Source: Candidatus Nanoarchaeia archaeon (GTDB lineage: Archaea; Nanobdellota; Nanobdellia; Woesearchaeales; GW2011-AR4). Taken from it: DNA of 64,000 nucleotides. How positions within the stretch are numbered: position 1 is the stretch's first letter; every line of letters begins with the position of its first letter. The position numbers and the translations under genes are program-made. The stretch lies in NCBI GenBank assembly GCA_035288865.1, contig DATDZA010000026.1:4534-68533 (forward strand), given 5' to 3'. Shown here piece by piece: positions 18,004 to 27,800 of the stretch. The notes beneath the pieces are model-generated. The model searched no databases and was not told the DNA's origin. It saw nothing but the letters and a program-made list of their open reading frames with translations.

Positions 18004-18588
18004 TTATTGGATTTTTAGCTTTGAAATAATATTTTTAACTTGTAATTCCATATTTCTTGAATCTTTGCTGTTATCAATAACAAAATCAGCTAATTTTAAT
18101 TTTTCTTTTAATGGCATCTGCGATTTTGTTATTCTTTCAATTTCTTTCTGGCTAAGCTTTCCTTTTTTTAGTAATCTTTTGATTCTAGTTTTGTCATCAC
18201 ACTTGACAACAATAATTTTATTTACAAGCTTTTTTGCATCAGACTCAAGAAGAAGCGGCGCATCAATAATCATATTCTTATTTTTACTTTTTTTAATTAA
18301 TTTTTTTATTTCATCTATTATCATAGGATGGGTTATGGAATTTAATTTTTTCAATTTCTTGTCATTAGAAAAAACTATTTTTTTTAATTTATCACGATTA
18401 ATGGATTTATCTGGATTAACAATCTTATTTCCAAATTCTTTTATAATTTTCCCATATATTAACTTTTTTGGTTTTGATATTTTGTGATACAATTCATCTG
18501 CGTTTATAACTTTAAAGCCATATTTCTCAAATATATTAGAAACTGTAGTCTTTCCCGAGCCGATTGCTCCTGTGATGCCAATTATCAT
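18004..18588 (-). CDS. coaE: dephospho-CoA kinase, bacterial CoaE type
   Basis: MIIGITGAIGSGKTTVSNIF (P-loop) followed by VINADEL, and ITHPMI. 194 aa. Confidence 0.85.
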   Translation of the reverse strand: MIIGITGAIGSGKTTVSNIFEKYGFKVINADELYHKISKPKKLIYGKIIKEFGNKIVNPDKSINRDKLKKIVFSNDKKLKKLNSITHPMIIDEIKKLIKKSKNKNMIIDAPLLLESDAKKLVNKIIVVKCDDKTRIKRLLKKGKLSQKEIERITKSQMPLKEKLKLADFVIDNSKDSRNMELQVKNIISKLKIQ

Positions 18589-18627
18589 TTAAACATTAGT
18601 GGACGCTCATTTTAAAAACATTTCTAA

Positions 18628-21219
18628 TTATTTGTCTTTAATCTTTATCTTTGCCATTACCTGCTCGTGCAGCTTTCTGATGAATTCAACCTTATCCTCT
18701 ATCTTCAGGATGTCGGTAAATCCCTGCAGCACGATATTAAATGCAAACGGAGAAGGCAAACTCGTCCTTATTTCCTTTACCAGAATTTTTTTCTGCTCGA
18801 TGCCTTCAATAACTTTTGCCGTATTTTCAATGTCCATAAGGTCTTCAAGAACTTCTCTCCGCGCTTCTTTCAGGATGCAGAAATTTGCGTCAATTCTTTT
18901 GACTGCACTCATCAAAATCATCGAGGAAACCTGCTGCTTTCCGACTCGTTTCTGATGGCCCATGTAGTTTCTCAGTATCATCAATGATCTTCCTGCACAG
19001 TGCCTGAACCTCCTTTTAAGTATTTCACTATGCTCGATAGCCATGTCCATGACTTTGCGCATCTCTTTCGCTTTAATTAAATTAAAAGCCTGCATGATAT
19101 TTATGCTTCTGTCGTATGCAACATAAAAACCGTTGTCATTTATGCCGATTTCAACATCTTTGTGCTGCGTTCTGGCGATAGCGAACGCAACTGCCCTTGA
19201 CAGGCAGTCATTTACCCTTCTTCCGTACAAACTATGAAAAATCGAATACTTTCTTCTGCTTTTGTCATCCGTATAGTGCTCAATTATAATTCTTGAATGC
19301 GAGGGAATCTCGGCATAATTGAACTGCTCATAAAAATAATCATAAATTGATTCCGCGGCATTTGCGTCAACGTAAAGATATTTGTTTATGAAATCCAAAA
19401 TTTCTTTCTTTGATTTGCTGTTGCAAAACAGTTCATTCATTAATTTCCTAAACCTTCCGATTTCCAAAGCCAGGTCAAAGCTTAATGGCAGCATTTCAGA
19501 AAACCAGGATGGAATTGTCGGAGACCTCATTACAGAAGCATTGACGTATGCAACCATTCCTTTTGCGTATAGAAATTCATATTTTTCTCCTCCCAAAACA
19601 AAAACATCCCCTCTTTTTAATCTCTCAAGAAATGCCTCGTCAATAGCGCCTATCGGCTGCTCGCCGGCTTTTACAGTTATGTAAGACTCTTCTGGGATAG
19701 TTCCTATATTTGTCATGTGAATAACTCTTGACATTTTCCCTTTCCTTCCCATTTCCATCGAGTCCTCATCAAACCAGATTTTGGCGTAAATATGCCTGTC
19801 CTCAAGTGAAACATATTTTCCGGCAAGATAATTCAAAACTTCATTGAAATCTTTTCTTTCGAGATTGCTGTAACAATAACTTTGCTTTACTAATCTCCAT
19901 AATTCTTCAACATCCCACTTTTGCTCAAGAGAAATTCCGTGAATCTGCTGCGCCAAAACATCAAGGCAGTTAGTCGGAATATGGATTCGGTCAATCTTTT
20001 TCTCGATTGCAGATTTTAGAAGAACGGCGCACTCAACCAAATCATCCCTGTCGAGGACAATTATCCTTGCTTTCACAGTTGAGTGCAATTTGTGTCCGCT
20101 TCTTCCGGCGCGCTGCATGAATCTTGCAACAGACTTCGGGGAGCCAAGGCAAATAACCAAATCAATAAATCCAATATCAATTCCCAATTCCAGTGATGTG
20201 CTTGACACAATCACTTTCAGTTCACCCTTTCTCAGCCTGCTCTCGATGCTGTGCCTCAACGATTTCGACAGCGAGCCGTGATGCGCTCCGATATTTTCCA
20301 TGTAGTTTTTTGGAAATTTTTCCTTTAGATAATTCACAACTCTTTCAGTCGCTGACCTAGTGTTTGTAAAAATCAAAGTTGTCCGGTGACTTTGGATTAA
20401 GTCATCAATCAAAGTGTACATTGAATTGTGAATTATTGCATGCTCTACGTCCACAAGATTTGGAACCGGAGAGAGAACTTTCAAATCCATCTCCTTGAGA
20501 AACTGGACGTCAACAATTTTGCAGTCCCTTAATTTTCCTTTTTCGTATCCAACAAGAAATTTTGCAATCTCGTCCAGCGGCGCTATCGTTGCGCTCAGGC
20601 CAATTCTGGTCATTGCTGGAGAAATTCTGTTTAATCTTTCAATTGACAGCGACAGATGGACGCCTCTCTTGTTTTCAGCCAGCGCGTGAATCTCATCTGC
20701 AATAAACCATTCCACATTCTTAAGAAGCTCCCTGAATTTTATTGAGCTTAACATAATTGCTAAACTTTCAGGAGTTGTTATCAGAATATGCGGAGGGTGC
20801 TTCAGCATTTTTGCTTTTTCAGACGCAGTTGTGTCTCCTGTTCTGACTGCCGCCCTTATATTCAGTTTTCTCCCCGCAATATCTTCCATTTCTCTCAAGG
20901 GCTCAGCCAAATTTACCTGAATGTCATTACTTAAAGCTTTTAATGGAGATACATAAACACAATAAACACGGTTTTCAAGAATTCCTTTTTCGCTTGAATC
21001 AATTAATTCATTTAAAATTGAAAGGAAAGCAGTCAAAGTTTTTGTCGCACCGGTCGGAGCGCTTACCAAAATATTGTTTCTTGAATGTATTTCCATAACC
21101 CCAAATAACTGCGGCAGCGAGAACTCCTTAAATCTCGTGAAGAACCAGTTATCTATCAAGGGATTCAATATGTGCCTTATCTGTTCAGATTTGTATGGCT
21201 TGTCTGTGTAGGTTATCAT
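18628..21219 (-). CDS. lhr: Lhr-like ATP-dependent DExH helicase
   Basis: Walker A APTGATKT, DExH box ADEIHAL, SAT-like LSAT, helicase C region HHGSL...RAGRSGH, and a long C-terminal DEAD-associated-type region. 863 aa. Confidence 0.85.
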   Translation of the reverse strand: MITYTDKPYKSEQIRHILNPLIDNWFFTRFKEFSLPQLFGVMEIHSRNNILVSAPTGATKTLTAFLSILNELIDSSEKGILENRVYCVYVSPLKALSNDIQVNLAEPLREMEDIAGRKLNIRAAVRTGDTTASEKAKMLKHPPHILITTPESLAIMLSSIKFRELLKNVEWFIADEIHALAENKRGVHLSLSIERLNRISPAMTRIGLSATIAPLDEIAKFLVGYEKGKLRDCKIVDVQFLKEMDLKVLSPVPNLVDVEHAIIHNSMYTLIDDLIQSHRTTLIFTNTRSATERVVNYLKEKFPKNYMENIGAHHGSLSKSLRHSIESRLRKGELKVIVSSTSLELGIDIGFIDLVICLGSPKSVARFMQRAGRSGHKLHSTVKARIIVLDRDDLVECAVLLKSAIEKKIDRIHIPTNCLDVLAQQIHGISLEQKWDVEELWRLVKQSYCYSNLERKDFNEVLNYLAGKYVSLEDRHIYAKIWFDEDSMEMGRKGKMSRVIHMTNIGTIPEESYITVKAGEQPIGAIDEAFLERLKRGDVFVLGGEKYEFLYAKGMVAYVNASVMRSPTIPSWFSEMLPLSFDLALEIGRFRKLMNELFCNSKSKKEILDFINKYLYVDANAAESIYDYFYEQFNYAEIPSHSRIIIEHYTDDKSRRKYSIFHSLYGRRVNDCLSRAVAFAIARTQHKDVEIGINDNGFYVAYDRSINIMQAFNLIKAKEMRKVMDMAIEHSEILKRRFRHCAGRSLMILRNYMGHQKRVGKQQVSSMILMSAVKRIDANFCILKEARREVLEDLMDIENTAKVIEGIEQKKILVKEIRTSLPSPFAFNIVLQGFTDILKIEDKVEFIRKLHEQVMAKIKIKDK

Positions 21220-21631
21220 ACTATTAATAGCTATGTTGAATTTCTGTATTAAAATTCATGAATATTAATACGAAAAAATAAAATTATTTGCGATATTGAA
21301 AATAAAATCTCATAACTTAAATGTTCTTATTCGATAATGCAAAGAAATTTATAAAAGTGTTGGTTCAGATTGTTAGAAAAAATTCAAAACTTAATTAATT
21401 CTAATTTTTCTAACGAATTGTCTAATTTGCCTGGTGTACTTTCCATTTACTTAATCTGGAGTTTTGATAATAACTAGTTTTATTACTACTGCTAAATAAG
21501 CACATATACCAAATATGACCGTAAACTTAATAAATTCAAGTGAATTACCATCACCTTAAAGTTATAATTACGATAGTTGGGGGGTTTGTTGTAAATGGTT
21601 GGAAAAGGGTTTAAGTTTGCACAGATACTTA

Positions 21632-21650
21632 TCGAAAAGATATTTATATT
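21632..21650 (+). promoter_or_regulatory. BRE/TATA-like box (TCGAAAAGA-TATTTATATT) upstream of the Cys-rich surface protein gene
   Basis: Read directly. About 100 nt upstream of the proposed start. Confidence 0.3.
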
Positions 21651-21748
21651 TGTAGTTTTGTTTCTAATGGCTGATTTTGCCGTATGCGCATCAGAGCAAG
21701 GCGGAACTCGTTATAATTCTGAAGATAATTTTATTTCGGGTAGGGGGG

Positions 21749-24517
21749 GTGTTGAAAATTAACAATAAAAAGGTAGTCTGGACAATGGCCTTTTTAATAT
21801 TAAACATGATTTTCTTAACACTCGGCTCAGTTTTTGCTCAAGCACAAGTTAGCATAACAAGTGAAGGCGTGCCTCCTTTTATTCCTGGCACTCTTTGCGT
21901 TAATGCAAAAGATGGTTCCCAATTTCATACACACACGATAACAGCTAATAATCCCACATCTGATTTAACTTTTGAATTTGACGGGGCAATTTTTCACAGC
22001 AATGAGGCTGGATGCGACGTGACAGGAGAAGATCCAAGCATCACAGGCGGCTCAGTTAGTGGGAAAACTACTTATGGGCCTGGCGAATCTGGTTCTCTCC
22101 TTGCTATCTTTGATACAAATGCATTTAACTGCGGAAGGGTTCAATATGACATCGGCTTTAAATTACAAGGACAGCCTGGAGTTCTGCAGGGCAATTACCA
22201 AGGCCTGTTTTATGGAATAGTTGTTAATTATGGAGTTGACTGTACACTCTGCGGCAATGGTGTACTTGAAACTGGAGAGCAATGCGACAGTGGTTCTCAA
22301 AATGGCCAGCCTTGCACTCCAACCTATGGCAACACATGCAATTACTGCTCCTCATCCTGCACACCAGTTACCGTTACGGGACCAACATGCGGTGACGGTA
22401 CAGTTCAATCACCAGAGCAATGCGACAGTGGTTCTCAAAATGGCCAGCCTTGCACTCCAACCTATGGCAACACATGCAATTACTGCTCCTCATCCTGCAC
22501 ACCAGTTACCGTTACGGGACCAACATGCGGTGACGGAATTGTCAGTGGAAACGAGCAGTGTGATGATGGAAATTTAAATAATAACGACGGATGCTCATCA
22601 TCATGTCTACCTGAGTATGCGAGACTTACAGTTAATAAGCAGGTTATAAATAACAACGGGGGCACAAAAACTGCATCACAGTTCCTACTATTTATTGATA
22701 GTAGTTCCGTTACAAATGGAGTTATTAACTCTGTATCAGCCGGATCCCATACAGTAAGTGAAACCTTAGACCCAAATTATGCAAAAACAATTAGCGGCGA
22801 TTGCAATTCTTTGGGGCAGGTCACAGTTTCCTATGGCCAGTCAAAAACCTGCACAATAACCAACGATGACGTCCCTCCAAAAATTACAGTAACAAAAATA
22901 GTCATCAACAACAATGGTGGAACAAAAACAGTTTCCAACTTCCCTCTATTTGTCAATTCCATATCTGTAATATCAGGGGTTCAATATACATTTAATGCTG
23001 GCGTTTACACAGTAAGTGAAACCCAACAGTCAGGATACTCATCATCAATAACCGGCGACTGCAATTCAAACGGCCAAGTCACTTTAGGCATCGGCCAGTC
23101 AAAAACCTGTATTATTACAAATGATGATTTGCCATCGTGCGGAAATGGAATAGTTGAGCCGCCAGAGCAATGCGACGATGGCAACACAAATAATAATGAT
23201 CAATGCACTAATAATTGTATAAAAACAATATGTGGAGATGGAATTGTTCAAACTCCAAATGGCAATGGCCAAAACGAAGAATGCGACGATGCAAATACTA
23301 ATAACAATGATGGATGTAACAGCAACTGCATGAATCAGAAAATATTGACATGCGAGGAAGCAATCTCAATGGGCTTGATTAACGGATCAGTAAGCGGAGG
23401 AACTGCAACATTAACAAATAATGCAAATGTGGGATTTGACTTTGGTTTTGCATCTTACAAAATGATAGATGATATTATCGAAAACCAAGTGCTATTCGAT
23501 TCTAGCCTTAAGGCAGCAGGCCCACATCAAACTATAACTTTCAGCATAAATGTGCCTAACTGCAAATACCAAACGGACCTTTTCTGCGGACCTCTTGTGG
23601 TAAAGTTTGATGCACAGCATAATTACATCGGCAGGCTCATCGCATCAGAAATAGATGAAGGAGTCGGTGGATTTTGCAATGCAACCTCTTCGCCAGGATG
23701 CTTTAGCAGACTAAAAGACGCAGACGCAAATTGCAAGGGCGGGACAATAATTCAGGATACCGTTTACGGATGCCGCTCGATTAAATGTCAGAATGGACTA
23801 AACTCATTACAGATTTTGGCGTGCGATAAGCCTGGAGATCAGAACCCAACTTACTTTGAAATGTACAAGACGCAGCAAACTGGCAACGGGTTAGAAATTT
23901 GCCTAGGAGAAAAAACTTGCATAGCACACAACGGTTTCGCAAAAAGTTTAAACTACCCGATTTGTTCTAACGGAACCATCACAACTGCCGTTTGTGGAAA
24001 TAATGTAAAGGAATCAGGCGAATTGTGCGATGACGGAAATTTGAATAATAATGACGGATGTTCATCGACTTGTAAAATTGAGTCATGCGGCGATGGTACA
24101 AAGCAGGCTAGTGAACAATGCGATGACGGAAATTTGAATAATAATGATGGTTGCAATTCACAATGTAAAACTGAATCTTGTGGTGATGGTGTGAAACAAT
24201 CCAGTGAGCAGTGCGATGACGGCAACAATAATAATGGTGATGGATGCAGCAGCACATGCACTTCAGAAGGCAGTGGAACATGCTACAGCTCAGTTCAGAA
24301 CATACCGGCATCATGCAGCACAAGTGATATAACAACTGACACTTTTAACGGATGCAGGAAAATAATTTGTTCAGGCAAACAGGTGCTAGGATGCGACAAG
24401 GCCGGTTTCTTTGAAATGTATAATCAAGGGGGAAGTTCCTTGATACAAATATGCCTAGGAAATGCCTGCATGACTAATGAGGGATTTATAAAGAGCAAGA
24501 GTTTCCCAATTTGCTAG
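21749..24517 (+). CDS. secreted cysteine-rich repeat protein: 8 myxo-type CGDG...EQCDDGN..NDGC repeats, 2 NNNGGTKT beta-sandwich-like repeats and 2 copies of a novel 8-Cys module
   Basis: GTG 21749 gives the signal peptide MLKINNKKVVWTMAFLILNMIFLTLGSVFAQA. Alternative starts are ATG 21785 and the track TTG 21677. The CG[DN]G-x5-7-[EQ]CD[DS]GN-x3-[ND][DG][CQ] repeats resemble the Myxococcus cysteine-rich repeat / DUF4215 class. Confidence 0.75.
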   Translation: MLKINNKKVVWTMAFLILNMIFLTLGSVFAQAQVSITSEGVPPFIPGTLCVNAKDGSQFHTHTITANNPTSDLTFEFDGAIFHSNEAGCDVTGEDPSITGGSVSGKTTYGPGESGSLLAIFDTNAFNCGRVQYDIGFKLQGQPGVLQGNYQGLFYGIVVNYGVDCTLCGNGVLETGEQCDSGSQNGQPCTPTYGNTCNYCSSSCTPVTVTGPTCGDGTVQSPEQCDSGSQNGQPCTPTYGNTCNYCSSSCTPVTVTGPTCGDGIVSGNEQCDDGNLNNNDGCSSSCLPEYARLTVNKQVINNNGGTKTASQFLLFIDSSSVTNGVINSVSAGSHTVSETLDPNYAKTISGDCNSLGQVTVSYGQSKTCTITNDDVPPKITVTKIVINNNGGTKTVSNFPLFVNSISVISGVQYTFNAGVYTVSETQQSGYSSSITGDCNSNGQVTLGIGQSKTCIITNDDLPSCGNGIVEPPEQCDDGNTNNNDQCTNNCIKTICGDGIVQTPNGNGQNEECDDANTNNNDGCNSNCMNQKILTCEEAISMGLINGSVSGGTATLTNNANVGFDFGFASYKMIDDIIENQVLFDSSLKAAGPHQTITFSINVPNCKYQTDLFCGPLVVKFDAQHNYIGRLIASEIDEGVGGFCNATSSPGCFSRLKDADANCKGGTIIQDTVYGCRSIKCQNGLNSLQILACDKPGDQNPTYFEMYKTQQTGNGLEICLGEKTCIAHNGFAKSLNYPICSNGTITTAVCGNNVKESGELCDDGNLNNNDGCSSTCKIESCGDGTKQASEQCDDGNLNNNDGCNSQCKTESCGDGVKQSSEQCDDGNNNNGDGCSSTCTSEGSGTCYSSVQNIPASCSTSDITTDTFNGCRKIICSGKQVLGCDKAGFFEMYNQGGSSLIQICLGNACMTNEGFIKSKSFPIC
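22276..22536 (+). repeat. 138-bp-period tandem duplication inside the CDS; 123 bp are identical at the nucleotide level (22276..22398 = 22414..22536)
   Basis: Base-by-base comparison. Both copies encode EQCDSGSQNGQPCTPTYGNTCNYCSSSCTPVTVTGPTCGDG. Confidence 0.95.
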
Positions 24518-24535
24518 TTATAGTAAATTCATTCA

Positions 24536-24542
24536 TTTTTTT
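24536..24542 (+). terminator. oligo-T (T7) tract 19 nt after the stop codon
   Basis: Read directly. Archaeal termination typically occurs at oligo-T. Confidence 0.3.
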
Positions 24543-24850
24543 CACGTAGCATTATTCGTATTTCTTTGACCTAAAATGCCGCAAGCAATTTGGCTATTTC
24601 CTAAATTACGAAAAGAAAAATACTCACCGCTTTTAAATGGGCCAAATATGAGTTTTTTTAACCAAAGTGGGTATTTTGAGTAGTGAAAAAAACCGAAAGA
24701 TTTATAAATGAGGCAATTGTAAGCTTCACTAACTAATGTGGGAATTAGTGGGTAGTTTCGCTTATAACTCGGAGTAAATCAGTAAAATTTATATAGAAAT
24801 TCTGATTTGTAACTACTTATCTATGATAACATAATATTGGGGGATTATAA

Positions 24851-27800
24851 ATGAATCTAAAAATCAACTTATCTTGCAAAAGTAATGTTCGCCCTTTAAG
24901 AAACTTGGTGCTATTGTTGCTTTTAATAGTTACGGCAGCTCCAGTTTACGCGGATTTAGTCGCTGTTTCACAGTTAGGATACCACCCGAATTCTACAAAG
25001 CAAGTTATAATATACACAAATAGCAGCACAAGTTATACTTCAGCTGAATTAGTCGATGCAAACAACGCAAATATTGTTAAAACAATTTCACTTCTTAAAG
25101 CCAAAAATTATGGTGGCACGAATGTGGAATGTCAGGGAAACGCACCTTGTTATGTTGGGGATTTTTCAGACTTTATGGTGCAGGGCAGTTATTATTTTGA
25201 TATCTCTGGAATAAAATCTCCGACATTTAAGATAGACAGCCAAATATTTAAGGATAATACGCCCACACTTCTTGAATTTTTTGACGCAATGCTTCAGCAG
25301 AATTCAGCATACCACGGGGATTTTCATTCAAATTACCAGCCATCATTTAATGCCATGGCCGATGGAAGTTTTATCATGGAGGCAGATCAGGCATCGCTTG
25401 CCCTCATTAGGCTCGGAAGCGCTTATAGGAAAAATCCTACTTTGTTCACAGGAATTGACAATTATAATATCTTATCTGCAAATAAGCCCGATATGCAAGA
25501 ATACATTTTATCATATGTCGACTATCTTGAAGGATTGCAAGGGCTGGAACTAGAGGAACTGACAGATGGAACTGGTTTCAGACTGAACCCAAATGTTGAA
25601 GTTCAGAATATATTTGTTCCTGGTCCTACAAACTTAACAAACTTGACTGTTTATATCCCGGGAAGCTCCCATGCCATATTAAAATCAGATGTACCAGTGG
25701 TTTCCTTATGCGGAAATGATACGGGAACGGAATGGCAGAAATGTGTGGATGACGCTGCTTTCTATTTCAAATGCCAGATAGACGAACCGTGCCTTAATAT
25801 GACTTATATAGAAAAGACGGGAAAAGTCAAATCAACAAACAATGGATATGCCGTTTCCAGGGGCTGGGGTTATGAGTTTGGATGCTATGTGGATGTTGAT
25901 TTAAATAGTGACATGTTTGACAGCGAGCCAAATCCATGCATGGTATTTTACCCCGAGACTTCTAGGTCTTACGATGTTTATGCGCTTCTTGGATTTTTAG
26001 AATCAGTTCCTGCGGTAAATGATTATTCCTCAATTGAAGGGAATAGTTTGCTTGCAAGGTCCATTAACACATATAATCATATCAAAATAAATGACTCGGT
26101 ATTTTCAGCTAATGACCCAGATGCAGGATTTTTCGGAGCATCTTTATTTTTGCTGTACAATTACACAGCAAACGCTTCATATTTGTTAGAGGCTCATTCA
26201 CTTAAAGACATAGTTGGCACAAATTTTGAATCCGACCACACAAGGGGAAATGAGTTTTACTGGGAAGAATACATTAAAAACAAAAATAATCTGGAGAGCC
26301 GGGGGCTTCCATACCAAGTAAATGCTAAAAATCCCGAAGAATTTTTTACGGCTAAAATATTGTCTGATTATAGCGATTTGGGAGCAGATTCTATGTCGAA
26401 TAACGGAGAAAGGATATTTCAGTATAACAATAACATCCAATTTCAAAACAGCAGGTATATCTTACTTGAAGGGCTTTATGCAACTAAAGCTAATCAATTA
26501 CATCCATCTGCCGATCCGTTTGTTAAAGAAGTCGGAGACAGCCAGCTTTCTTGGCTGACCGGAATGAATTCTGTGCAGAACGGAACCGCAATTGGAAGCC
26601 CGACATTATCAATTAGTTTTATTTTTGGCATAGGAAATTTTCCACAGCAATACCATTCAAGATTGCTCTACGATTCAGGATACAAAAGTTCCAGCGGCGA
26701 CGAGATTATAGGAGTTAGAGGAACAAGCCTGCAGTTCCTTGATCCAGTTAATAACGAATATGTTTATCTGGACGGAATGCAAAATATTTTAGGAAAGTCC
26801 CTGGGAGCTTCGGGCAATAACTGGAGAAATGAAACACAAATTGAACCGTTTCACGTCGGAACTATATTTAACAACGACAAAAGCTACATTCCTGGATGGA
26901 TAAGCGGGCCATATGATACTGTTTCAGACCAAGATCTAATTTTTAATTACAGGGACAATCTTAACACGTATGAATTCACAGAAACAACAAATGAGATCGT
27001 TGCAACAGCAGTCGAGCTATTTGCGTATCTTGATGCCGGCTATAATAACAAACCCCAACATAATGGAATTTATGTGAGCCCGCAAGTAACTCAGAATGCA
27101 ACACTGACTTTTATTACCAATCCAGCGAGCTCAAATATTTATCTCAATAGCCAGTTTAAGGGAATGACCAATTCCTCTGGCATATTTATTTTGCAAAATG
27201 TAGGGCAGGGCAACTACTCTTTTAAAGTTAACAAGTCAGAATATTTCGCATATGAAAAAAATATTTCGGTTTTGGAAGGGATTAATGCAACCATTGACGT
27301 TAATCTGTCATTGATTCCGGTCGTTTTGCAAAATTCAAGCCTTCATGTAATTTCTAATGCAGATAGTATTCAAGTTTACTTAGATAATTTATTGTATGGC
27401 CTAACTAATGCAAGCTATGAAATAAATATTAATAATTTAGTTCCAGGCGATTATAATTTAACGCTTAAGAAAACAGAATATCTCGACAGAGATGTAATTA
27501 TTTCATTGGTATCCGGGCAAAATAATTCAATTGTTCTTAACTTAACCAATATAGTACAAAATGGCACTGTAACAATTACCACTAGCCCCAGCATTGCAGA
27601 TATTTACGTGAATTCAAGCCTTGTTGGCACAACAAATGCATCTGGAAATATATTTTTGAATCTTAATCCCGGAATTTATAGCATAAAGGCAGCAAAATCC
27701 AATTACGTTCCCTCAACAATTTTAGTGGAAATTCAGCAATCGGTAAATAAATTTGCAAATGTATCTCTTGATTTAGATAATACCGTATCAGTTGTTTCAA

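Noticed and set aside
21220-21748. A 530-bp spacer before the envelope locus, considered as a possible integration site or mobile-element boundary.
   Set aside because: I found no direct or inverted terminal repeats, no tRNA fragment and no integrase or transposase. Only promoter-like AT-rich sequence is present.
21743-21749. G7/C7 homopolymer tracts in or next to surface-protein genes, considered as phase-variation switches. They are G7 at 21743..21749, C7 at 28783..28789 and C7 at 42433..42439.
   Set aside because: The same kind of C7 run occurs in the housekeeping rpl31e gene (47799..47805). All the coding ones arise from Pro-Pro or Gly-Gly codons. There is no evidence of length heterogeneity from a single sequence.
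22221-22577. Alternative-frame and antisense ORFs inside the large repeat-protein genes. Examples: 22221..22577, 22480..22665, 23953..24261, 24108..24335, 36088..36432, 42134..42352, 42488..42940.
   Set aside because: They mirror the periodicity of the in-frame Cys-rich repeats of the host genes. They have no start context of their own and give low-complexity translations. They are shadows of the real CDS.
23995-24265. Regular 90-bp repeats, considered as a possible CRISPR-like or satellite array.
   Set aside because: The repeats are in-frame, diverged coding units (CGDG-x6-EQCDDGN-x3-NDGC-x-S-x-C). They have no unique spacers, and no cas genes lie nearby.
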